A program made the position numbers and the translations under genes. 64,000 nucleotides of DNA from Nitrospirota bacterium (GTDB taxonomy: Bacteria; Nitrospirota; UBA9217), in contig CAWIYV010000011.1 in assembly GCA_963840455.1 (NCBI GenBank), forward strand, positions 533,066 to 597,065, written 5' to 3'. The notes beneath the pieces are model-generated. The model had not been told where the DNA came from and made no database searches. It saw only the letters and a list, made by a program, of their open reading frames with translations. Positions 39,968 through 49,851 of this stretch are shown in pieces. The stretch's first letter is position 1; every line of letters starts with the position of its first letter.

Positions 39968-40636
39968 TTACTTGATCTTCTGGATATTCTCCGCCGAGTC
40001 GTTCTTCGGCGAGTTCACCCTGGTCGACACCTCATACAATTCCAGCTCTTTGTCCGGGTAGGGCTTGAGCATTTGCAGGAGCTTCTCTTTCTCATGAACA
40101 CCCGGGGCCAGCCAGAGGCCTGTCTCATCCATGGGAAGGATGACCGGCATTCGGTCGTGGATGGGCTTCAAGGACTCATTCGCGTCAGTCGTGATGATGG
40201 TGCTGGTGCAGACCTGCTCGCCCTCGGGCGAGGTCCAGAGGTTGTACAGGCCGGCCATGCCGAAGGGCTTGCCGCTCTTCAGGTGCACATAGACGGGCTT
40301 CTTCTTCCCGCCCTCGTTCTTCCATTCATAGAACCCGTCGGCAACGACGAGGCACCGGTGCCTGCTGAAGGCCTGCTGGAAGCTCGGCTTCTCAGCAACG
40401 GTCTCCGACCGGGCGTTGATCATCTTGTAGCCATCGTTCAGCTCCTTGCACCAGGACGGCACGAACCCCCAGTGGCAGGTCACGAGCCGGTTCGTCCCGC
40501 CCTCGTTCACGACGATGGCGATGTCCTGGCCGGGCGCGATGTTGTAGCTCGCCGGAAAGGCGCTCACACCCCCGGTGAGACCGAAGATCTGGGCGATGAT
40601 CTCAAAGGCACTATGCAGTTCGAACCGTCCGCACAT
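39968..40636 (-). CDS. SOS-response-associated peptidase (SRAP/YedK family; abasic-site DNA-protein crosslink)
   Basis: Hallmark N-terminus MCGRF (catalytic Cys2), plus conserved ...NARSET... and ...PSFQ..F motifs. 222 aa. Confidence 0.85.
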   Translation of the reverse strand: MCGRFELHSAFEIIAQIFGLTGGVSAFPASYNIAPGQDIAIVVNEGGTNRLVTCHWGFVPSWCKELNDGYKMINARSETVAEKPSFQQAFSRHRCLVVADGFYEWKNEGGKKKPVYVHLKSGKPFGMAGLYNLWTSPEGEQVCTSTIITTDANESLKPIHDRMPVILPMDETGLWLAPGVHEKEKLLQMLKPYPDKELELYEVSTRVNSPKNDSAENIQKIK

Positions 40637-40874
40637 GAAGGTACCTCAATGATACCGTCGCCATCAAAAACTCTCTCCATAGAGAACACAGAGTGCACAG
40701 AGAACGGCAAGTTTCTGTTCTGAGGGCAACTGCCTTGTTACCAAATTTTTTCACATCAACCAAAAGCTGCGCATCTGCGCGGACAAAGCTTCGTTGTTCC
40801 GCTTCTCACATCCGCGTCTTCTGTCCTTGTCTCTTGGCCCCTCGACTCTGTACCCTAGACCCTTGCCCCTCCTT

Positions 40875-43595
40875 CTACGGTCCCGTCTGCCCCGCTGCCT
40901 GTCTCCGCAGCACCGCCTTCAGCGCCTCCATGGACAGCAGCACGACCGCGCTGATAGCCATGACTGTGGCAAGGTCCTTAAACGTGGGAAGCCTGATCCC
41001 GAAGGTCTCGCGCAGCGCAGGGATCTGGATAAGTCCGAAGGCCAGCACCAGTTCCCAAAAGATCGCCAAGAGCAGCCACTTGTGGGGCGGCGCCTTGAAG
41101 ATGCTGTACTTGAGCGAGCGGAAGCTCATGGCGATGACCAGCTCGACCACGATGAAGAGGAAGAACATCTCGGTCCGCATGTGTTCGATCTCTCCCAGGT
41201 CATGGAAGAAGAGCCAGAAGAAAAGCGGAGCCTCCACGACGAGCGCCAGCAGGATGAAGGTCATCACTTCCCGGGTGAACACGCTTTCCTTCGGGTCCCG
41301 CGGCGGCCGCTGCATGATGTCCGGGTCGGGCGGCGACACGCCCAGGGCGAGAGCCGGCAGGCCATCGGTCGCCAGGTTGATGTAGAGGATGGCGGCGGGC
41401 AGGAGCGGCAGATATTCCGGCCCCATCATCAGCACCACGCCGCCGATGACGGCCACCTCGGTGATGTTGGCGCGCAGGAGATAGGTGAGATACTTCTTGA
41501 TGTTGTCGTAGATCCAGCGGCCGCGCTCGATCGCCGAAACGATGGTGGCGAAGTTGTCGTCCGTCAGCACCATGTCCGCCGCCTCCTTCGTCACCTCGGT
41601 CCCGGTGATGCCCATGGCGATGCCGATGTCGGCGTGCTTCAGCGCCGGGGCGTCGTTCACGCCGTCACCGGTCATGGCCACCACGTCGCCGCGCTGCTTC
41701 CAGGCCTTCACGATCTTGAGCTTGTCCATGGGCGACACGCGTGCGTAGACGGTGACGGTCTGCACGATCGCGGCGAACGCTTCGTCCGACAACTTCTCCA
41801 GTTCCTCCCCCGTGAGGACCCGGTCGCCCTCCTGGTGAATGCCCATCTCCCGGGCAATGGCCACGGCAGTAAGCTTGTGGTCGCCGGTGATCATGACCGG
41901 TTTGATGTGCACCTGCTTGCAGACCCGGATCGCCTCAATGGCCTCGGGCCGAGGCGGATCCATCATGCCGGCAAGGCCGAGGAAGACCATGTCGTTCTCC
42001 ACATCATCCTCGGACAAGGCGGCGCCCGCCGGCAGGTCGCGGGAGGCCAGGCCGAGCACACGCAGAGCATCCTTTGCCATGCTCTCATTCGCGGCGAGTA
42101 TGGCATCCCGGCCCTCGGGCGTGAGCGCACGCGGCCCGCTCTCCTCCATCACATGGCTGCACCGCCCCAACACCAGCTCAGGGGCTCCCTTCATGCAGGC
42201 GGTGCGCTGTCCGGCCTTTTCATGGATCGTGGTCATGCGCTTCCGTTCCGAACTGAAGGGGATCTCCTCCACCCGCGGGCTCCCGAGCCTCGTCTCGCGA
42301 ACGCGCATGTCCGCCTTGGCCGCAGCCACGACGAGCGAGCCTTCGGTGGGATCTCCGGTGACGCGCCACTGTCCGTCCTTCTCCTGCAGGTCCGAATCGT
42401 TGCACAGGACCCCGCACTTGAGGAACTCCTCGAGGGGACGGTTCCCGACAGCCTTGAGAGTCTCTCCGCGCGCGGTGAACCCGCCCTCCGGCGCGTACCC
42501 CGCCCCGCTTACCTCGATCATCGTGCCCGGCAGATACAACTTCCGGACGGTCATCTCTCCCCGCGTGAGCGTGCCGGTCTTGTCGGTGCAGATCACCGTG
42601 GTGCAGCCCAGCGTTTCAACAGCAGGCATCTTGCGCACCAGCGCGTGCTCCTTCGCCATCTGGCGCATACCGATGGCGAGCGCGCCGGTCACGATGGCGG
42701 CGAGGGCCTCGGGAACCGCGGCAACGGCGAGGGCGATGGCGAACATGGTGATCGTCACGATGAAAGGCAGTTCAACGGTCCCCTTGGTGAGATATTCACG
42801 GGCGATGCTGATGCCCGCGACCAGGATGCAGATGCCGAGGGCGATCATGCCGAGCCATCTGCCGATCTCCTCGGTCCGCTTCTCCAGCGGCGTCTTCTCC
42901 GTCTTGACCGTGGAGACTTCCTCGGCGATCTTGCCGAACTCGGTCCCCATGGCCGTTGCGGTGACCACGGCCCTTCCCCGGCCGTAGGTGACCGTCGTTC
43001 CCGTAAAGACCATATTCCGCCGGTCGTTGACCCGCGTCGCTTCAGGGAGCGCGTCCGCGGACTTGCCCGCGGGCATGGATTCTCCGGTGAGCGATGCCTC
43101 GTCGCACTTCAGAGAGTGCCCCTCCACAATGCGGCCGTCAGCCGGGATCTTGTCGCCTGCCTCGAGGACCATGATGTCGCCGGGCACCAGGTCCTTCGAC
43201 GGCACATCCTCCTCCCGTCCGGCCCGCAGGACCGTGATCGTCGGGGAGAGCATCTTCTTGAGCGCCTCGATCGCGCGCTCGGCGCGGTACTCCTGGATGA
43301 AGCCGAGGACCGCCACGAAGACCACGATCACGGCAATGATGGCCGCGTCCATGACCTCGCCGACCAGCGCGGACAGCGCAATGGCGACCAGCAGGATGAT
43401 GACCAGCACGTTCTTGAACTGACCCAGGAACAGGGCAAAGGGCGAGACGCCCTCCTCCTTCCGGAGCTCGTTCGGACCGTACTGACCCAGCCGCCGGGCC
43501 GCCTCCGCCGCGGAGAGGCCCTTCCGCGCGTCTGTTTTCAGCTCTGCGATGACCTGGGCTGATTCGCGTGCATGCCATGCCTGTTGTGTCATTCG
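40875..43595 (-). CDS. P-type cation-transporting ATPase (PIIA Ca2+/Mg2+-type)
   Basis: Phosphorylation motif ICTDKTGTLT, plus TGDHKLTA, MTGDGVNDAPALK and 10 predicted TM helices. Start set at MTQQAW (GGAGA RBS); an alternative start lies 17 codons upstream. Confidence 0.9.
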   Translation of the reverse strand, partial: RMTQQAWHARESAQVIAELKTDARKGLSAAEAARRLGQYGPNELRKEEGVSPFALFLGQFKNVLVIILLVAIALSALVGEVMDAAIIAVIVVFVAVLGFIQEYRAERAIEALKKMLSPTITVLRAGREEDVPSKDLVPGDIMVLEAGDKIPADGRIVEGHSLKCDEASLTGESMPAGKSADALPEATRVNDRRNMVFTGTTVTYGRGRAVVTATAMGTEFGKIAEEVSTVKTEKTPLEKRTEEIGRWLGMIALGICILVAGISIAREYLTKGTVELPFIVTITMFAIALAVAAVPEALAAIVTGALAIGMRQMAKEHALVRKMPAVETLGCTTVICTDKTGTLTRGEMTVRKLYLPGTMIEVSGAGYAPEGGFTARGETLKAVGNRPLEEFLKCGVLCNDSDLQEKDGQWRVTGDPTEGSLVVAAAKADMRVRETRLGSPRVEEIPFSSERKRMTTIHEKAGQRTACMKGAPELVLGRCSHVMEESGPRALTPEGRDAILAANESMAKDALRVLGLASRDLPAGAALSEDDVENDMVFLGLAGMMDPPRPEAIEAIRVCKQVHIKPVMITGDHKLTAVAIAREMGIHQEGDRVLTGEELEKLSDEAFAAIVQTVTVYARVSPMDKLKIVKAWKQRGDVVAMTGDGVNDAPALKHADIGIAMGITGTEVTKEAADMVLTDDNFATIVSAIERGRWIYDNIKKYLTYLLRANITEVAVIGGVVLMMGPEYLPLLPAAILYINLATDGLPALALGVSPPDPDIMQRPPRDPKESVFTREVMTFILLALVVEAPLFFWLFFHDLGEIEHMRTEMFFLFIVVELVIAMSFRSLKYSIFKAPPHKWLLLAIFWELVLAFGLIQIPALRETFGIRLPTFKDLATVMAISAVVLLSMEALKAVLRRQAAGQTGP

Positions 43596-43628
43596 ATTCT
43601 CCTGTCGCCCAATGGTTGCTGCTGGAAC

Positions 43629-43672
43629 AAAAAAGACCTTTACCACGGTTGTTCCTTAACGTGGTAAAGGTC
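43629..43672 (-). terminator. strong intrinsic-terminator hairpin ~35 nt upstream of the P-type ATPase start
   Basis: Plus strand AAAAAA-GACCTTTACCACG-(12 nt loop)-CGTGGTAAAGGTC. Perfect 13-bp stem then U6 on the minus-sense RNA. Confidence 0.55.
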
Positions 43673-43817
43673 TCGCATATCAGGCTCACCTGACCAGTGA
43701 TGCCGGTCCCGCTATCGCGGAACGTGATGACGATCATCACTGCAGAACGCTACTCCCCTTTACAGACCAAGTGTAGCAGAGCGCGCGGGACGGTGTCAAG
43801 GCCGTCCGCGCTGCCGG

Positions 43818-44126
43818 TCACTTCGAGAAAACGCTGAACAGCTTGTCGAGGGAGCTCTTTTCGAGATTGATGATCTGGGCCAGTTCGCCGCTGTCCAGCC
43901 AGACCCCCTCGCAGGCGGAGCACCGGTCGACCTTGATGGACTTGTAGTCGATCTCCACCAGGTTCATGCCGCACTTGGGGCATTTCATGTGATGGAGCTC
44001 CCTGGCCTTCTGCCGCTCGGCGTCGGCGAGCTTCTTTTGCTTCTCCTGCTCGACCTTCTGTTTCTTCTCGAACATCTCCCGGGCAAAATACTCTTCTTCC
44101 TTCTCGCTCGGCTTCCTCAGGGTCAT
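43818..44126 (-). CDS. small zinc-ribbon protein (TFIIB-type zinc finger, PF13453-like) with a Lys/Glu-rich N-terminus
   Basis: CPKCG...VDRCSACEGVWLDSGEL. 102 aa. Confidence 0.6.
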   Translation of the reverse strand: MTLRKPSEKEEEYFAREMFEKKQKVEQEKQKKLADAERQKARELHHMKCPKCGMNLVEIDYKSIKVDRCSACEGVWLDSGELAQIINLEKSSLDKLFSVFSK

Positions 44127-44234
44127 GACCTAGATCCTCCTTACCGTGTGTCGTTCAAAATAGATCGCGGTGCTCCGCGTTCTCGTATCCCGTTCATCCG
44201 TGCCTCAGCGCGGTGCAAGGGTCCCGCTGTTCCG

Positions 44235-46256
44235 TTACTTCTTCTCGATCACGAACAGCAGCTGCTTCTCGCGCACCGTCTCGTTGAGCTTCACACAGAC
44301 CTCGGCGATCCTGCCGTCGAAGGGCGCCAGGATGGCATTCTCCATCTTCATGGCCTCGAGGTTCGCCATTTCCTCGCCCTTGTGAACGATATCGTCCACC
44401 TTCAGGACGCCGCGCGCCGGATTGCCAATGCGCCATACGCTCCCGTTGATCGGCGCGCCCACGTCGCCGGCGGTCTTGGCCAGCCGCACTTCGACCTTCT
44501 TGGCCCGCGGCGTCTCGACCGTGTAGACCCGCGTCTTGTTGTTCACGCGCATCACCACGTCGATGATGCCGCTATGCTCGGCGCCGATGGAGACGAGCTC
44601 GATCGAGTAAGGCTTGCCCCAGAGCTCGAAGTCGACGCGTTCGCCCGGCTTCCGGAGCCCTTCCCGCCACACGCCCGTGGGGAGGACCAGCGGAGCCTCG
44701 CCGAACTTTTCGCGGAACTCGAAATACTCCAGCGCGTCCTTGGGGTGCATGAGCCAGAGGATGAACTCCTCATCCGTCACGTCCCGTCCGAGGTTTGCGC
44801 CAAGCTCCTGCCGCAGCCGTGCAAGGTCGTCCTCCGCTACGGACTCGAGCGGCGATAGCTCCTTCCGGTCCTTGAGCTTCGTCTGCCACTCGTCGCCGAA
44901 GGCACTCCGGTAGACCCAGTCAGCGGGCCAGCCCACGGGCATGCGGCCGTAGTTGCCCAGCAGGAGGTTCTTGAAGTCGCCGGGCGCGTTGCGAAAGAGC
45001 GTCAGCAGTTCGTCCTGCTCCGCCGGCGTCATCGCGCCGAGGTCCTGCGCCTTCTCCTCGACGAACTTCACCATAAGATCGATGACGTGCTTCACGCCCG
45101 CGTCGCCCTTCTCCTTGGCGTACTTGTTCACGATGCCGCTGCAGGTGACCCAGGTGATCTGGGAGCCCGGCGTCACGTCGAAGTACTTCACGATGCGGTT
45201 GTACAGCGACATGAGCTTCAGGATCGCGGGCATGAGATGGAGGAACTCCGCCTTCTGCGCCTGCTCGAAGGAGCTCGGGAACGCACCGCCGGGCATCTTG
45301 TGGAGCGTGACCGTATGGTCGAAGCCCTTAAAGGGAGACTCGGCCCACTCGTAGTCAGCGATCCATTCGCGCACCTTTCGGACCGCGGCCTCGGCCTCCT
45401 GACGGTCCAGGTGGACCGGGATGCCCGACTCCTCGAAGATCGCCTGCACCGCCAGAATGGGCGAGTGGCCGTAGAACCGGACCAGTGAGTCCTCCTCGAC
45501 GTCGAAGATCGCGGCGCCCGCCTTGGCCGCCGCCAGCATAGCCGGGATGGCCAGGCCGTCGGTGATATGCCGGTGGTAGTTGATAACCAGGCCGGGGTGG
45601 GCCTGCTTGATGGCGCTGATCAGGCTGCCGATGCGGGTCACGTCTCCCACGCCGGCCATGTCCTTCACGCACAGGACGATCTCGTCCGTGCCCCCGCAGA
45701 GGTCCACGATGTCCCGCACCACCTTGAGATAGTAGTCGTTCGTGGTCCAGTCCGCCGAGGTGAAGGAGATGGTCGGCTCGAACAGCCTGCCCCGCTTCAT
45801 CACCACCTCGGCAACGGCGCGCATGTTCCTCACGTCGTTCAGGAAGGAGAAGCACCGCCACACGTCGATGTCCACCGCGCCCACGGCCTCTTCGATCACG
45901 TTCCGGGGATAGGGGCGATAGCCCCAGAGGTTCGTCTCGCGGATGAGGGTCTGGAGCAGCACGGTCGGCATGAGCTGCCGGAGGAGCGCAGTCTCCTCAA
46001 AGGGGCTCTCCCGGCGGTTCATGATGCCCACGTGCCACCGGGCGCCGCCGTGGCACTCGGCGCTGAACAGGCCCATGCGATCATAGTGCGGCGCCAGGGT
46101 CTTCAGGTCGTGGATGCGGTGGCGGTTCTTGAAGTCCGACTGACCCGCGTCGCGCATGCCCACCGAGGTGAGGCAGGCGCCCTTCAGGCCGCGGACGGCC
46201 TTCACGATCTCTTTCGGCGACATCCCGGGTTTGACGAATATGTTATTTGCCATCAC
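44235..46256 (-). CDS. pycB: pyruvate carboxylase subunit B / oxaloacetate decarboxylase alpha-type carboxyltransferase with a C-terminal biotinyl domain
   Basis: TIM-barrel carboxyltransferase N-domain (FRDAHQS-like region) and C-terminal biotin attachment motif EAMKMEN. A biotin carboxylase gene lies in the same operon. Confidence 0.8.
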   Translation of the reverse strand: MMANNIFVKPGMSPKEIVKAVRGLKGACLTSVGMRDAGQSDFKNRHRIHDLKTLAPHYDRMGLFSAECHGGARWHVGIMNRRESPFEETALLRQLMPTVLLQTLIRETNLWGYRPYPRNVIEEAVGAVDIDVWRCFSFLNDVRNMRAVAEVVMKRGRLFEPTISFTSADWTTNDYYLKVVRDIVDLCGGTDEIVLCVKDMAGVGDVTRIGSLISAIKQAHPGLVINYHRHITDGLAIPAMLAAAKAGAAIFDVEEDSLVRFYGHSPILAVQAIFEESGIPVHLDRQEAEAAVRKVREWIADYEWAESPFKGFDHTVTLHKMPGGAFPSSFEQAQKAEFLHLMPAILKLMSLYNRIVKYFDVTPGSQITWVTCSGIVNKYAKEKGDAGVKHVIDLMVKFVEEKAQDLGAMTPAEQDELLTLFRNAPGDFKNLLLGNYGRMPVGWPADWVYRSAFGDEWQTKLKDRKELSPLESVAEDDLARLRQELGANLGRDVTDEEFILWLMHPKDALEYFEFREKFGEAPLVLPTGVWREGLRKPGERVDFELWGKPYSIELVSIGAEHSGIIDVVMRVNNKTRVYTVETPRAKKVEVRLAKTAGDVGAPINGSVWRIGNPARGVLKVDDIVHKGEEMANLEAMKMENAILAPFDGRIAEVCVKLNETVREKQLLFVIEKK

Positions 46257-46454
46257 TTCCTCTTAAGATCGCTGCAATAGTTAACCACGGACGAACACGG
46301 CACAACCTCTGTCAAGACGCTGGAACCGCCAGGGCGCAAAGGGTCGCGAGGAAGGCCGTACTATAAAAAAGCTAGTGTCCTGATCGATTTTGACGTCCTT
46401 GCGTCCTTCGCGCCTTCGCGGTGAGATGCTTTTATTTCTGTTTCCTGATTCTTG

Positions 46455-47045
46455 TCACTTGCTGCTCTTGGCAGCAGCTCCGCTTCGCTTCACCTTCAGG
46501 TCCTTGATGAGGCCGTCGGAGATCGAATAGATCCACCCGTGGATGTAGAGCTTCCGGCCCCGCTCCCAGGCCTTCTGGACGATGGTGTTGTGCGCCAGGT
46601 TCTCCACCTGTTGCTTCACGTTCAGTTCGCACAGCTCGTTCAGCGAGATCCGCTTGTGCTTCCGCGCGGAGATCTGCACGCTCTCGAGCCAGTGTTCCAA
46701 CACGCCGGTGGCGGCGTTCTTCCTGACGGCCGCGATGCCGCCGCATCCGTAATGGCCGCACACGATGATGTGCCTGACCTTCAGGACCTCAACGGCGTAC
46801 TGCAGGACGCACATCAGGTTCATGTCTGTATTGATGACCTGATTGGAGATGTTCCGATGGACGAAGACCTCGCCCGGCAGCAGTCCCGTGATCTGGTTCG
46901 CCGGCACCCGGCTGTCGGAACAGCCGATCCACAGGTACTTGGGCCGCTGCTGCTTCCGAAGCTTGCCGAAGAACCCGGGGTTCTCGATCTCGACCTGCCG
47001 GGCCCATTCCCTGTTGTTCTCCAGCAGCTTGTTAATGTCCTTCAT
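46455..47045 (-). CDS. beta-class carbonic anhydrase
   Basis: Zinc-ligand motifs CSDSRV and HYGCGG. 196 aa. Confidence 0.85.
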   Translation of the reverse strand: MKDINKLLENNREWARQVEIENPGFFGKLRKQQRPKYLWIGCSDSRVPANQITGLLPGEVFVHRNISNQVINTDMNLMCVLQYAVEVLKVRHIIVCGHYGCGGIAAVRKNAATGVLEHWLESVQISARKHKRISLNELCELNVKQQVENLAHNTIVQKAWERGRKLYIHGWIYSISDGLIKDLKVKRSGAAAKSSK

Positions 47046-47078
47046 TCCCGGACCCCTGTCTCCTGACCCCGATACTTC

Positions 47079-48542
47079 TTACATCCACTTCTGCGGCCCC
47101 AGCGCCGAGATCTCGGCGACGTAGCGCGCAATCTTGAGCACCTCGTCCTCGCTGTTGTCATCGCTGAACATGGAGATCAGTTCATCCATGTGCTCTTCGA
47201 TGAACCGCGTGGAAAATTCACCGGAGATGAACGACGGGTGGCGGATGATGCTGAGCAGCAGCGGCTGGAGCGTCTTGATGCCCTCGACGCGGAGGTTCCT
47301 GCCCAGGCAGCGGTCCATTACCCGGATGGCGTCCTTGCGGTCCGCGCCGGCCGTCATGAGCAGCATGAAGAGGGAGTCATAGTACGGCGGGATGTCCCCG
47401 CCCTCGTACACGCCCGAGGCGACCCGCACGTTGGGGCCCATGGGGGTCTGGAGCCGGGAAATCTTCCCGAAGGAGGGGCTGAAGGTCTTCGGGTCCTCGG
47501 CGTTCAGCCGGACCTCAAGGGCCCAGCGGTTCGGCCGGATGTCGGCCTGCTTGAACGGCAGCTTCTTGCCCAACGCCGTGTCGATCATGATGCCGACGAT
47601 GTCGAGACCCGTGATGAGCTCGGTGATGCCGTGCTCCACCTGGAGCCGGGTGTTCACCTCGAGGAAGTAGAACTTCCGCGTCGCCGAATCGAAGATGTAC
47701 TCGACCGTGCCCGCGGTGACGTACCCGATCTCGCGCATGAGCTGCGCCGCGGTAGAGCAGATATCCTCGCGCAGCTTCTCGTCGAGGCTCGGAGACGGCG
47801 CCTCCTCGATGATCTTCTGATTCCTGCGCTGGAGTGTGCATTCGCGTTCGTAGAGGTGCCGCACGTTCCCGTGGCTGTCGGCCACGATCTGGACTTCGAT
47901 GTGCCGGCCCCGCTCGATGTACTTCTCCACCAGGATCGTCTCGTCGCCGAAAGACTTCTTCGCCTCGGACCGGGCCTGGGCCAGGGCCAGGGCGATGTCC
48001 TCTGCACGGTCGACCTTGATCATGCCCTTGCCGCCGCCGCCTGCCGAGGCCTTGATAATGATGGGGAACACGACCTGCTCGTCGCGCATCCACGACCTGA
48101 TCTGCGCCGGGTCGGTCACGTTGCTGACACCGGGAATGACCGGCACGCCTGCCTTGCGCGCCAGCTGCTTCGCCTGGATCTTGTCCCCCATGAGGTGGAT
48201 GACCTTGGGCGGCGGGCCGATCCACAGGAGGCCCGCGTCCATCACTTTCTTCGCAAAGGTCTCGTTCTCGGCCAGGAAGCCCCAACCCGGATGGATGGCG
48301 TCAGAGCCGCTCCGGAGCGCGGCCTCGACCATCCGATCCATATTGAGATAGGATTCGATGGGCGGGGCCTCGCCGATGTGCACGGCCGAATCGGCCATGA
48401 ACACGTGGTGGGCCAGCCGGTCGGGCGAGCTGTACACAGCCGTGGTGGGGATGTTCCGGTCGCGGCAGGTGTGCATGACCCGCACCGCGGGAACGCCGCG
48501 GTTCGCCACCAGCACTTTTTTGATCGTTCGCTCCATGGACAT
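47079..48542 (-). CDS. pycA: biotin carboxylase (pyruvate carboxylase subunit A / AccC-like)
   Basis: KVLVANRG start region and ATP-grasp motifs (GGGGKGM, EVNTRLQVEH). AAGGAG RBS before ATGTCCATGGAG at 48542. The ORF track starts 44 codons upstream without an RBS. Confidence 0.85.
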   Translation of the reverse strand: MSMERTIKKVLVANRGVPAVRVMHTCRDRNIPTTAVYSSPDRLAHHVFMADSAVHIGEAPPIESYLNMDRMVEAALRSGSDAIHPGWGFLAENETFAKKVMDAGLLWIGPPPKVIHLMGDKIQAKQLARKAGVPVIPGVSNVTDPAQIRSWMRDEQVVFPIIIKASAGGGGKGMIKVDRAEDIALALAQARSEAKKSFGDETILVEKYIERGRHIEVQIVADSHGNVRHLYERECTLQRRNQKIIEEAPSPSLDEKLREDICSTAAQLMREIGYVTAGTVEYIFDSATRKFYFLEVNTRLQVEHGITELITGLDIVGIMIDTALGKKLPFKQADIRPNRWALEVRLNAEDPKTFSPSFGKISRLQTPMGPNVRVASGVYEGGDIPPYYDSLFMLLMTAGADRKDAIRVMDRCLGRNLRVEGIKTLQPLLLSIIRHPSFISGEFSTRFIEEHMDELISMFSDDNSEDEVLKIARYVAEISALGPQKWM

Positions 48543-48577
48543 TGCTCCTTCGCTCCCGCACAAGGCGGGGCGCTCGC

Positions 48578-49030
48578 TCAGATCTTTTTTCCGATCCAGC
48601 CGAAGGCAATCAGCGAGGCGGACACCGCTGCCACGGCAATTCCGAAGTAGAGCATCCCCAGCGGGTCCTTCCATTCTACCAGGTGCTCCAGAAAGGTGAC
48701 CGCCATCACCAGGATCATGACGCTCGAGAGCTTCACCTTCAGGTCATCGAGGTTATGGACCACCAGCCATTCGGGAAGTTTGATTTCCTCAATGAACAGC
48801 TCATACAGGCCGAGCGCGAAGATGAGCAGCGCCGTGGCGATCAGGAACGAATCCATCAGCGCGATGAGCTCCACTGATGCCACCGGTGATGCGGCCGTGC
48901 TCAGCACAAGGTGTTTGATGACGAGCACGGTCTTGACGGCACCCCAGACGGATGCCGCAAGCGCGGCGAGCAGCGAGAACACCACGCTGATCAGCACCAG
49001 GTATACGCTCTTTTCGAGCAGTTTTTTCAT
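48578..49030 (-). CDS. YqhA-like (UPF0114) small membrane protein
   Basis: Four hydrophobic helices. GGAGG RBS before MKKLLEK; the upstream part of the ORF is Arg/Gly-rich and probably not translated. Confidence 0.55.
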   Translation of the reverse strand: MKKLLEKSVYLVLISVVFSLLAALAASVWGAVKTVLVIKHLVLSTAASPVASVELIALMDSFLIATALLIFALGLYELFIEEIKLPEWLVVHNLDDLKVKLSSVMILVMAVTFLEHLVEWKDPLGMLYFGIAVAAVSASLIAFGWIGKKI

Positions 49031-49240
49031 CAGGGAAGAGGCCTCCGGCAATGAATATTTGAATCCGGGAAAAAGTAACGATGAAAATACCATTATTCTG
49101 AGAACTTGTAAAGAGGCTGTTTCACCTTCGCCGGAGCCTCCCGCTGCAGATTCGTGATTCTTCCCCGGCCGCGCCGTGGTATAATGACGCTGTTCCGGAG
49201 CAGCCCTGGTTGCACCTTTCCTTAACAACAGGAGGACCGG

Positions 49241-49816
49241 TTGATGAAGCGTTTTTCCGCAGCCCTTGGCATACTCTGCGTCCTGTCTCTGCTGTCCGTC
49301 GTCGCGGCAGCGGCCGATGTGTCAAAGGACGAGAGGAACCTCGAGCGGGAGGCGAAGCGCCTGAACGACACGGCAGCGAAGCCCGACGGCGAGAAAGCCG
49401 TGGTCAAGCGGCTTGCCGTGGAGTTCAAGACGACCGAATCCCAGGTGCAAGCGCTCCGGGACCGGCAGCTCGGCTACGGCGAGGTCGCGATCGTGCTGTC
49501 GCTCGCTCAGACCCTGCCGGGGAGCGCCACGGACGCTAACGTGAAGAGGGTGCTCGCCCTGAGGCAGGGCCCGCCGATCATAGGGTGGGGGCAGGTCGCC
49601 CAGCAGCTCGGGACGAAGCTTGGCAAGACCGTGAGCCAGGTCAGGAAGGCGGCGAACAACGCGAACCGGGACATCAAGAACGACCATGCCCGCGCGGGCA
49701 AGGCCCCGAAGCAGGTGCCGGTCGAACAAAACCAGCAGGAACAAAAGAACCCGGAACCACCGCGCTCGTACCAGGGCGACGGCCGTCTCCTGCGGCAGGG
49801 CGGCAGTGCGCAGTGA
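49241..49816 (+). CDS. secreted hypothetical protein, Lys/Arg/Gln-rich
   Basis: Signal peptide MMKRFSAALGILCVLSLLSVVAAAA. No recognisable motifs. Confidence 0.5.
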   Translation: MMKRFSAALGILCVLSLLSVVAAAADVSKDERNLEREAKRLNDTAAKPDGEKAVVKRLAVEFKTTESQVQALRDRQLGYGEVAIVLSLAQTLPGSATDANVKRVLALRQGPPIIGWGQVAQQLGTKLGKTVSQVRKAANNANRDIKNDHARAGKAPKQVPVEQNQQEQKNPEPPRSYQGDGRLLRQGGSAQ

Positions 49817-49851
49817 TCGTTCACGCTAGCTATTGATCGTTGCTGTCCGGC

